Shown: in pieces, positions 48,810 through 56,902 of the stretch
Position numbering within the stretch: the stretch's first letter is position 1
Layout: the number at the start of each line of letters is the position of its first letter
Assembly: GCA_964342815.1 (NCBI GenBank)
Contig: CAYFHS010000013.1
Location: 1-64,000, forward strand
Reading direction: 5' to 3'
DNA length: 64,000 nt
Source of the DNA: an uncultured archaeon
GTDB taxonomy: Archaea > Thermoplasmatota > Penumbrarchaeia > JASLWR01
Translations under genes and position numbers: made by a program
Notes under the pieces: model-generated
Databases searched by the model: none
Told to the model about the DNA's origin: nothing
Seen by the model: the letters and a program-made list of their open reading frames with translations, nothing else

Positions 48810-49035
48810 CTGCTGTGAATTCCAATTTTATCAAATGGTGGACTGTGGCCATTATGCGATTTACTTCGATGTTAATTCATTTACTACTATAAAATTGTAT
48901 GGGTTTTGAGTTAAAAAGAGAAGGTGCACAAACAGGTCCGATGCTGTAACAAGGATTTACGCTCGGGGTAAATGATTCATTGATCGTAGATATCCGAACA
49001 AGTTCTTAAGGATTCATCAGGTGTGGATTTGATAG

Positions 49036-49695
49036 TTATTCTAGATCACCCCCATAACCGCAAAATGGACAAACCAAATCTGCCAAACCAAGATCACTAT
49101 CCTCTTTTTCAAAATCCTTATTACAATTTGGGCAGGTAAGTTCAAATTTCTCATCTTCTACTACTTCAAATTCAATGGGTTCTACTTCGGTTGACATCAT
49201 TTGCTCATTAATTGCAGATTCTTTTTCTTTTAAAAATGCATTTTTCACCCGATCACTTGACAGATATAACATAATAATACCGTTAATCGCCAAGGCGATA
49301 ATACTTGAAAAACAATCACTCGTGAAAGGTATTTCATCGGATCTATTTTGAAAGGCTCCAACCAGTACGCTAGTGAATAAATTATATATTATTCCAATTA
49401 TTGAAAGAATTAATAGGCTTATTGTCGCAATTCTCGCCCATTCCTTTCCTTTCCATAAATAAATTGCAGAAATAAATCCAAATACCAACAAAAGAAAGCT
49501 TATGAACAAAAACGCGGCAATTGATAAAGTTAGATCAATTGATGGTACATAATCAGATAGCGATAAGACAAAGTTGATGAAAATAAATATAAATGCTAAA
49601 TAAAGGAGAGATAGCGAATACATGATGCACAATAATACAGATACTACTTTTACACCAGTTGGGAAAGTTCGTCTCATGTCATCTCCATACATCAT
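49036..49695 (-). CDS. Membrane protein (4 TM) with C-terminal zinc ribbon
   Basis: Four hydrophobic helices; CPNC...CPFC. Confidence 0.7.
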   Translation of the reverse strand: MMYGDDMRRTFPTGVKVVSVLLCIMYSLSLLYLAFIFIFINFVLSLSDYVPSIDLTLSIAAFLFISFLLLVFGFISAIYLWKGKEWARIATISLLILSIIGIIYNLFTSVLVGAFQNRSDEIPFTSDCFSSIIALAINGIIMLYLSSDRVKNAFLKEKESAINEQMMSTEVEPIEFEVVEDEKFELTCPNCNKDFEKEDSDLGLADLVCPFCGYGGDLE

Positions 49696-49794
49696 TCCTT
49701 ATCTTATATATTATTTCCATTCTGTGACACAAAAATAATCACGTGTCAGGTGTGAAACTAATGTTTTCAATACCCATCTTGCAATTGGAAATTA

Positions 49795-50460
49795 TTATTT
49801 AGAATTAACAAAAGACAATATCTTTCGAGCAACGGTTGGGCTAATGCCCTCAATTTTAATTAACGATTCAGTGTCCATTTCCTTAAAGTCAGTTATATGA
49901 TGATAACCAGCGTCCTTTAAGGTTTTGATGAGTTCTTTTCTAATGTCCAGTTCATCGATAATATCATCAATTGACATTGTATTAGAATCTTCGATTTCTT
50001 CTGTTGGATCAATGTTTTTATTTTCCAGCGTTTCGGTTTGTTTATCAGGAAATTCCATTTTACATATAGGGCAGTATAGTTCTTTTTCATACAGTGCTTC
50101 ACCACACTCCGGGCATTCCACTAAGAGTTTCTTTACCTCTTCACCCGTTATCTTTTCCTCTGTTTCTATTTTGGATTTTTCCTTAACATGGACGTAATAT
50201 ATTATAGCACCAAAAATCAATAGAAAGAATATCAAAAAGCACCAGTTTCTACTCAATCCACGTCTTTTCGCATCTTTGTACACTACTGCAACAAACCAAA
50301 GACTAACAATATAGTAGATAATGATGGTAATCTTAAATAGAGTTTTTGGCCTCAAAAAAAAACTGTCAAATATTTGTAGTAATATGCCACCAAATACTAG
50401 TACTATCATATAAACGATACTACAAACGGAATAAATTTCTAATTTTTTTGAAAATCCCAT
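49795..50460 (-). CDS. Membrane protein with zinc ribbon and C-terminal helix-hairpin-helix
   Basis: Three TM helices; CPEC...CPIC; LIKIEGISPTVARKI HhH motif. Confidence 0.7.
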   Translation of the reverse strand: MGFSKKLEIYSVCSIVYMIVLVFGGILLQIFDSFFLRPKTLFKITIIIYYIVSLWFVAVVYKDAKRRGLSRNWCFLIFFLLIFGAIIYYVHVKEKSKIETEEKITGEEVKKLLVECPECGEALYEKELYCPICKMEFPDKQTETLENKNIDPTEEIEDSNTMSIDDIIDELDIRKELIKTLKDAGYHHITDFKEMDTESLIKIEGISPTVARKILSFVNSK

Positions 50461-50770
50461 GATTACACACTTTTGAATAATGTCAATTTATTATTTAAGG
50501 ATTGGTTTTATTAACCACTTATGTGAAGGCACTGGGCTAGTGATCTGGAGCATAGACGGTTCTTAGAGGTCGCTTTTCAAGTCAGGAATACCTGGACGGA
50601 CTTGATAAGTTAGAGTAGCACGCGGGGGTACTCGTTATCTGATGCCTCTGGAGTCCACCCCATGCCAAACACGCTGTAGAGGGATTATCCTATATTGTAA
50701 ACATACCTTTTATATATGTGAAACATTATTTTTGAAAAAAGCAAGTTTATAAATGAGACGGAGTGATAGG

Positions 50771-52066
50771 ATGAAAAAAGGAATGAAGATAGGAATAGGG
50801 CTGATCCTAGGAGTCATGCTAATAAGTATAGTAATACCGTTGAATGCAAGAGCTGGATCTGTATCTAATATTAAGGTCTATAGTGAAGTGTCTGGTAATA
50901 GATTTTCTGTAAATGCAAAATGGGATGAAGATGGTTATATTGACGTCGAGGGTAAATTATACCACAACAGTATTATTATAATAGAATCGGAAGCTAATTA
51001 TTACATTGGAGACACGAATTATCTCACTTTATATGATAATACTTTAGAATCGGGAACCTATAGGTTTCAGCTATGGTCTAACACCGATGATAAGGAACTA
51101 TTTGCAAAATCGTGGGATGTTCCAAAACTTGCCATTCGCCAAACTATTACTAACCAAAATGGTGATGTAGTAGAAGGAGGAAGTTCAGTAACAATGGATG
51201 GACAGATTGGGAGTATGTTCATATCCACCACAGAATTGTCTATAGAAAGTGGTGGGCCAGACTCATACAGGGTTGATGGCGTTTTAACATTGAATTTTAA
51301 TGATGTTTCTATAGAGCAAAACATCAATAACTGGATTAGTAATCGAGGTTATTATGAATATTATGGGATCGATGATTATACAATTGAACCGGTATTCGCC
51401 TCTACAATATTCGGTCTTCCGGGAGGAAGTTACGCTATTCAATCGGAATATTCAAATCAGTACATCCAGTTAACTTCGGGCTCAATAAATGTTTATGTAA
51501 ACGACCAATATCAACCTATAATTGATGATTTAGAAGACGATGTCGACTCTCTTGAAAAGGACTTATCAGATACGAATAAGGAATTGAATACAACTAATGA
51601 GGAACTAGTAAAAGCAAAATCAGATGTCGCAAGTCTTTTAAGTAAGATTAATTCTCTATGGAATGAAATATCTAATTTAAAAAATTCGGACAATTCAACA
51701 GGTGAAAAGATTGATGATAATCAAAATGTGGTTTCTCAAGATATTAAAAGCGTTAAAGAAGATTCAGAAGGATACACAGGCAATGTCATGTATATGGCGA
51801 TAGGTGGCATAGTGTTGGCATTGATCGGAATAATTGTGGGATTTATTGCCATTTCAAAAGCGAAAAAGGGAAAGAAACCTCCTGTATCTGACCAACATTT
51901 CTCCGCTGAACCCAAAACACATTCTTACCCTGAACCAAGCCATGAACCTCAACAACAGCATACTCACTCACCACCTTCACCACATCAACGACCTGAGCAA
52001 AAGCATTCACCCCTTTCTGATTCAGGCAGACCTCCACCAAGACCCCCTATGATGAAACCAATGTAA
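50771..52066 (+). CDS. Secreted/membrane-anchored protein with coiled-coil stalk and Pro/His-rich tail
   Basis: Signal peptide ending ARA; heptad segment DDLEDDVDSLEKDLSDTNKEL; TM MAIGGIVLALIGIIVGFIAI; start at ATG 50771 inferred. Confidence 0.7.
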   Translation: MKKGMKIGIGLILGVMLISIVIPLNARAGSVSNIKVYSEVSGNRFSVNAKWDEDGYIDVEGKLYHNSIIIIESEANYYIGDTNYLTLYDNTLESGTYRFQLWSNTDDKELFAKSWDVPKLAIRQTITNQNGDVVEGGSSVTMDGQIGSMFISTTELSIESGGPDSYRVDGVLTLNFNDVSIEQNINNWISNRGYYEYYGIDDYTIEPVFASTIFGLPGGSYAIQSEYSNQYIQLTSGSINVYVNDQYQPIIDDLEDDVDSLEKDLSDTNKELNTTNEELVKAKSDVASLLSKINSLWNEISNLKNSDNSTGEKIDDNQNVVSQDIKSVKEDSEGYTGNVMYMAIGGIVLALIGIIVGFIAISKAKKGKKPPVSDQHFSAEPKTHSYPEPSHEPQQQHTHSPPSPHQRPEQKHSPLSDSGRPPPRPPMMKPM

Positions 52067-52101
52067 AGATAACTTTTTTCAGAAACGCGCTATAGGACAC
52101 C

Positions 52102-52143
52102 GAACAGAAAGCATTACCAGAGCATCAATTCACGCCGTGAGAA
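52102..52143 (+). repeat. 42-bp direct repeat, copy 1 (orphan gene 3' end)
   Basis: GAACAGAAAGCATTACCAGAGCATCAATTCACGCCGTGAGAA; one mismatch to 54185-54226. Confidence 0.9.
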
Positions 52144-52288
52144 TCATTTCACCCGATAATATCCCGATCTCCTTTAACTTCTGTCCTGCAGTCCTCCAAT
52201 TCTTAACGATAGTGTTAAATATCCTTTGAATCTATCAGCACAACCACAAAGATTTTACATCTATGGAATGGAATATGAGGGATGGAAT

Positions 52289-52894
52289 ATGAAAACGAAA
52301 TGGAAGGTTGTAATTTGCATTTCTGCAATAATTGCTCATGTTGTAACTGCCTATGTTGTATATCCGTTTATTGAATACGAGACAGTAGATGATTTTTTCG
52401 GATGGGATCGGAGTGATAATGAGCCGAAAATTGAGTATGTAGATAGAATAGAATATATCAACAATACGGAATATGTAGATACAATTCATTATGTGGACAA
52501 GATTGAATATGTCGATAGGGTTGTCTATATTGATCAACCGAGAACAAATATCAATTCTGTAAAGGTGACAATTAAGAAGGCAGATTGTAATCATGATACC
52601 GATGAGGGAGACACTGGAACTTCCCGTTATCCCGATTTGTTTGTAGGAGTTACCGTGTATGATATTACTGAATACACGACAACAATGAACAATGACCGAG
52701 ATCCATATTTTGGTTGGTTCAAAACTTTCATTGCACATGAGATAACTGACATTTATATCGAATTATACGATGAGGATGCTAATGACAATGAGTTAATCGG
52801 TAACTTTGTAGCCGATCCGGGGAATGTAACAGATAGGATGTATCGTGGTGATGGGTGGAGTGTAACTTATTCGGTTAGTTACAAATACGAATAG
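52289..52894 (+). CDS. Membrane-anchored protein with (V/I)D-x-(I/T)-(E/H)-Y repeats and a C2-like domain
   Basis: N-terminal TM; repeats VDRIEY/INNTEY/VDTIHY/VDKIEY/VDRVVY; PDLFVGVTV, NNDRDPYF, IELYDEDANDNELIG resemble C2 strands and loops. Confidence 0.6.
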   Translation: MKTKWKVVICISAIIAHVVTAYVVYPFIEYETVDDFFGWDRSDNEPKIEYVDRIEYINNTEYVDTIHYVDKIEYVDRVVYIDQPRTNINSVKVTIKKADCNHDTDEGDTGTSRYPDLFVGVTVYDITEYTTTMNNDRDPYFGWFKTFIAHEITDIYIELYDEDANDNELIGNFVADPGNVTDRMYRGDGWSVTYSVSYKYE

Positions 52895-52912
52895 GGATAG
52901 AGAATAAGAGGT

Positions 52913-54223
52913 ATGGACATGAAAAAGATAGTCTCGATAGGAATCGTTGTGTTATTGTGCTTAGTGATCTTGAACACCATGGGTAACGCCCGAGGGGATA
53001 ACCTCGCCGGTGATCTGGACCAACTACTCGAGAATGAAAAGATGTTGAATATGAAGGATGGGGATTTCAATGAATCAACATACACCTATGGTATGAACAA
53101 TACTTATGTATGGGGGATTTGGCATGATGGGAATAATCTATTTGATGGAACCCATCAAAGTGCTGAGATGACGAGCCTTAATTATTTGCCTTTCTTTTTC
53201 CCTCATAGCCTAAAGATAACCCGGATTAGAGTTTATCCGATGGATGAAAACGGAGTAAAGGAAATAGAAAATATTTACATTCATCAATATCTTGAAATGA
53301 TGATTTCTGGCTCATATATTTTTTGGGATTTCCCTATATCAGAGTCAAACACCATAGGAGTGGTCTACAAAACGGACTATGTCGAATTTACTTTTCCAAA
53401 TTTTATAAGCTCCAGTCTAGCTATTAAATGTTCCGGTGTGATGTATTCACATATCAACGAAATAGAAATCTATTATGACAAGTACTATAACCCGTATCAT
53501 TACACCTCAGAGATCAACAACAATTATACCAACATCACCAACGAATACAACAATGATACCTATCTCAGTTACCAGAACGATACATACATCAATAACACCT
53601 ATCTTAACAGCACCTATCAGAACGATACATACATCAACCAGACCAATGCAACAACCAGAGTGATCCATGAGAACAACACCAATCTCAATAATACATATCT
53701 CAATGAAACCATCCTTTCAGACAACCAACGACTAGAGCAGAAGTTAAACGAGGTATGGGAACAGCTGAACGATACCAAAGGAGGCGGCGAAGCGGTTAAG
53801 GAATCCAAATCACTTGCAGATAGTACCTATTCCGACCCTATCCTTATCATTCTCCTACTGGTCATTATCGTACTCCAGATAATAATATTCCTGAGAAGGA
53901 AGAAAGGACAAGGGGAAATGATGACGGGTAATAATGCTATAGAACCGGAGGTAGAGCATACACCTAAACCGGGATTCAGCAGAGAAACAGAGGTAGACAT
54001 CATATCAAGGAAGGTTCAACAAGAGAAGCTAACCGAACATCAACCACCACCTACTCAACAAACCCAATATCAACATAGACAACCGAAACCGCAATCATCC
54101 GCACCTATCCCACCAGGGCAATCTATGACACCTCAACACATGGTAACAAACCCACAGGTTCAGACACCACCCCCACAACCACAAGAACAGAAAGCCTTAC
54201 CAGAGCATCAATTCACGCCGTGA
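52913..54223 (+). CDS. Secreted/membrane-anchored protein with sequon-dense Asn/Thr/Tyr repeat stalk and Gln/Pro tail
   Basis: Signal peptide; YQNDTYINNTYLNSTYQNDTYINQT; TM PILIILLLVIIVLQIIIFL. Confidence 0.72.
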   Translation: MDMKKIVSIGIVVLLCLVILNTMGNARGDNLAGDLDQLLENEKMLNMKDGDFNESTYTYGMNNTYVWGIWHDGNNLFDGTHQSAEMTSLNYLPFFFPHSLKITRIRVYPMDENGVKEIENIYIHQYLEMMISGSYIFWDFPISESNTIGVVYKTDYVEFTFPNFISSSLAIKCSGVMYSHINEIEIYYDKYYNPYHYTSEINNNYTNITNEYNNDTYLSYQNDTYINNTYLNSTYQNDTYINQTNATTRVIHENNTNLNNTYLNETILSDNQRLEQKLNEVWEQLNDTKGGGEAVKESKSLADSTYSDPILIILLLVIIVLQIIIFLRRKKGQGEMMTGNNAIEPEVEHTPKPGFSRETEVDIISRKVQQEKLTEHQPPPTQQTQYQHRQPKPQSSAPIPPGQSMTPQHMVTNPQVQTPPPQPQEQKALPEHQFTP

Positions 54224-54226
54224 GAA
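54185..54226 (+). repeat. 42-bp direct repeat, copy 2 (encodes EQKALPEHQFTP-stop of 52913-54223)
   Basis: GAACAGAAAGCCTTACCAGAGCATCAATTCACGCCGTGAGAA. Confidence 0.9.
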
Positions 54227-54244
54227 ATGTATAATACCCTTGGA

Positions 54245-54781
54245 TTATTTTAGCTCAATTTCTCCAAACCAATCGTCTCCCTTCCCCCAATGGTCTCCCC
54301 CCCTTATTTCAAAATACATACCGGGCTCAGCATAGCCCGGTGATGGATTTCCATCATTATCTATATGATCTATGCTCTTTATTATAAAGAAATCACCCAT
54401 TGAGATATTTCCATTACCATCATTGTCTTGAAAAACTATGAAGGTTTCATTGTCTATTGATTTATTAGTAATTTCAGATACTTGATGCTGTCCGTTTGAC
54501 ATATCACGCCGATCCGCACTAAAAAGGGTGAATCTTGCATCCTCGATAGGGCATTCTTTATGGGGTTCGGTCTCGATAATTAACACGGTATAATCATTGT
54601 TTTCTGTCCGATTACCTAATTTCGTGTAAATGGAATGATATATTCCCGTGCCTTCGTGGTTTTCGCTAACCCAGAGCCAAAGAAAAGAGAATAGCACCAC
54701 TGTTATTACTAATACAATAGCTAAACTGGTGATGAAGTATAAAATAATTTTTTTGAATGAAATAACTTCGTTAGGTGACAT
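54245..54781 (-). CDS. Archaeal type IV pilin-like membrane protein (degenerate N-terminus)
   Basis: Hydrophobic ITVVLFSFLWLWVS helix and C-terminal FQDNDGNGNISMGDFFII motif; no clear class III cleavage site. Confidence 0.5.
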   Translation of the reverse strand: MSPNEVISFKKIILYFITSLAIVLVITVVLFSFLWLWVSENHEGTGIYHSIYTKLGNRTENNDYTVLIIETEPHKECPIEDARFTLFSADRRDMSNGQHQVSEITNKSIDNETFIVFQDNDGNGNISMGDFFIIKSIDHIDNDGNPSPGYAEPGMYFEIRGGDHWGKGDDWFGEIELK

Positions 54782-54985
54782 AATATTGATAATATTCTTT
54801 TATTACCATATAGACTTTATCCCATTGGTTGTAAAATTTTCAATTTCTATGCTCTCTGATGGCCTCTAGAGGACGTTCTAGGGATCAGGTGAGTATGAGC
54901 CATGGGGAAGTATGCCTATAACCTAAGTATAGTCTAAAATTCTAGTATCCTATGCTCTGTAAAGGTGACCCTTACAGGTTCACCA

Positions 54986-55025
54986 TACTTGTCAAGTATC
55001 GTCCGGTTATTCCTAACTTGACAAG
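54986..55025. promoter_or_regulatory. Second copy of the TACTTGTCAAGTA ... TAACTTGACAAG motif pair
   Basis: Exact matches at 54986-54998 and 55014-55025, in a divergent intergenic region. Confidence 0.45.
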
Positions 55026-55080
55026 AGAGGCTAAGAACAGAGATGTAAAGATTTTATAGGATGAAGGGAATGTATAATCA

Positions 55081-55401
55081 ATGGAGAAAAAGGATAGATG
55101 TTGGATGGCATGGGTATGTCTTATAATATCACTCATTATTTTTATACTAAGTCTGATTGATATACGTATCCAACCTGAAACTAGTGATGATTTTTGGGAA
55201 ATTACTTTTAATGATACGATGGGATATCCTGATATAAATGACAGGAATCAAGCCCTTTGCTGCGGGCTCCCTTTGGGTTTTATGTTTATATTGTTAGCGA
55301 TAATTTTTAAAACTCACCATTCGAAAAAGTATCGAAAACGAAGCATGGTCGAATCCGAAATCGACACCGATACAGAAGTGAATCAAAAAGGACAAATATA
55401 A
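55081..55401 (+). CDS. Small two-TM hypothetical protein
   Basis: Two hydrophobic helices; ATG after AG-rich tract. Confidence 0.55.
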   Translation: MEKKDRCWMAWVCLIISLIIFILSLIDIRIQPETSDDFWEITFNDTMGYPDINDRNQALCCGLPLGFMFILLAIIFKTHHSKKYRKRSMVESEIDTDTEVNQKGQI

Positions 55402-55465
55402 ATACTCATTCTCTTCAACTATGTTCAACATATTATATAATGTGGGTTTTGAACCCAAAAGAATA

Positions 55466-55479
55466 TGGACCCGTCGGGA
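55466..55479 (-). repeat. att-like duplication of the tRNA-Ala 3' end
   Basis: TGGACCCGTCGGGA identical to 55536-55549. Confidence 0.85.
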
Positions 55480-55535
55480 CCGCAGTAATTCATCAGAAAT
55501 GCGAGGACCGAGACGGGTACACGAGTAAAAGCGAG

Positions 55536-55657
55536 TGGACCCGTCGGGATTTGAACCCGAGGCCTCCTCCACTTCGGCCAACTGGTTGGCCTATGTCCTC
55601 GGTCTGGCCAACCTTCGGATGCCAAGGAGACGATCTTCCGGACTGATCTACGGGCCC
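55536..55657 (-). tRNA. tRNA-Ala(GGC) with 48-nt intron at canonical position 37/38 (intron 55572-55619)
   Basis: Acceptor GGGCCCG/CGGGTCC with G3:U70; D stem GATC/GATC; T arm GGTTCAAATCC; BHB motif UUGG:CCGA flanked by 3-nt bulges CA|U and AG|U; CCA not encoded. Confidence 0.95.
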
Positions 55658-55924
55658 ATACATGGGCGTGGGGGGTTTCTGGGATAATAGGGCATTGGGA
55701 CCGTCATCCGTGAACAACATGTTTACGGTGTGAAGGGTCCATTACCAACGAACGGAGCGAGTATTTTATTTCTATTTTATATTTTCCTTGCCAGTATGAG
55801 ATTATGTTCAAGCTTATGGGAATCACACAAATGCAAAGGTTCCGGGTATAAGGTAAAAACGGAGAATAGTATTAATTATTAGCATAGCAATATTGTCCCA
55901 TCAAACAAGTCCGCGTGATCACAC

Positions 55925-56902
55925 ATGAACATCATCAAGACGGAGAACCTGACCAAGCGTTTTGGTAAAGTGGAAGCCCTGCGGGGAGTAAGTCTCGAAG
56001 TGGGCGAGGGAGCCGTAGGTCTTCTGGGACCCAACGGCGCCGGCAAGACCACGCTTCTTCGGATACTGCTGGGACAGACCAAGAAAACCTCCGGGAACGC
56101 CATGCTGCTGAACACCTCCATCAGCGACAAGAATTTCGAGGTGCGCCGCAATTTCGGTTACATGCCGGAACACGAATGCCTGGTTCCCACCATGAACGCG
56201 GTCACTTTTATTTCGTATATGGCCATGATCAACGGCCTGCCCCGGGCCGATGCCGTTCAGAGAGCCCACGAATCACTCCATTACGTGGGTATCGGCGACG
56301 AGCGGTACCGCCATATCAAGACCTATTCCACGGGTATGAGGCAGAAGATCAAATTCGCCCAAGCCATCGCACACGACCCCACGGTGCTTTTTCTCGATGA
56401 ACCCACCAACGGCATGGACCCCGAAGGACGCAGGCAGATACTGGAGCTTATCAAGGACGTTCACGTTAATCACGGCAAATCCGTAGTCCTTTCGAGCCAC
56501 TTGCTGGCCGATGTGGAAGCCATATGCGACCACGTGATCGTGTTGAACGAGGGGAAGCTGGTTCTTGATGATCTTCTATCGGCACTGACCGGCAGCGATA
56601 AATATACTCTGGACATCAAGATCAAGGGTGATGGCGATCGGTTCATGTCCGTACTTCAAAAACAGGGCTTCAATGTAACCCGCGAGGAAAATCTGTTCAA
56701 GGTGGAACGCAAGGGCGATACTCTCGACATCATCATCAGGTTGTGCGCCGAGAACGACATCCAGCTCCGTTATGCCAACCAAAGTTTCAGATCATTGGAA
56801 GATATCTTTATCGACATAATATCCGCAAGTTCCGGGGAAAGAGACGGAAAAGGACAGAAAATTTCAAGCCCTGGTGCAGGGGGTGGTTCCGGTGCCAATT
56901 GA
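55925..56902 (+). CDS. ABC transporter ATP-binding subunit
   Basis: GPNGAGKT, YSTGMRQ, FLDEP, SSH. Confidence 0.95.
   Translation: MNIIKTENLTKRFGKVEALRGVSLEVGEGAVGLLGPNGAGKTTLLRILLGQTKKTSGNAMLLNTSISDKNFEVRRNFGYMPEHECLVPTMNAVTFISYMAMINGLPRADAVQRAHESLHYVGIGDERYRHIKTYSTGMRQKIKFAQAIAHDPTVLFLDEPTNGMDPEGRRQILELIKDVHVNHGKSVVLSSHLLADVEAICDHVIVLNEGKLVLDDLLSALTGSDKYTLDIKIKGDGDRFMSVLQKQGFNVTREENLFKVERKGDTLDIIIRLCAENDIQLRYANQSFRSLEDIFIDIISASSGERDGKGQKISSPGAGGGSGAN

Larger units (their letters stand above)
48339..55535. mobile_element. AT-rich accessory island abutting the 3' end of tRNA-Ala; no integrase seen
   Basis: Visibly more AT-rich than flanks; orphan small membrane genes; 14-bp tRNA 3'-end duplication at 55466; 42-bp internal direct repeat. 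Left boundary uncertain. Confidence 0.55.

Noticed and set aside
48250-55535. Intact provirus or integrative element
   Set aside because: No integrase, replication or capsid gene recognised, and no distal att copy found near 48.3 kb.
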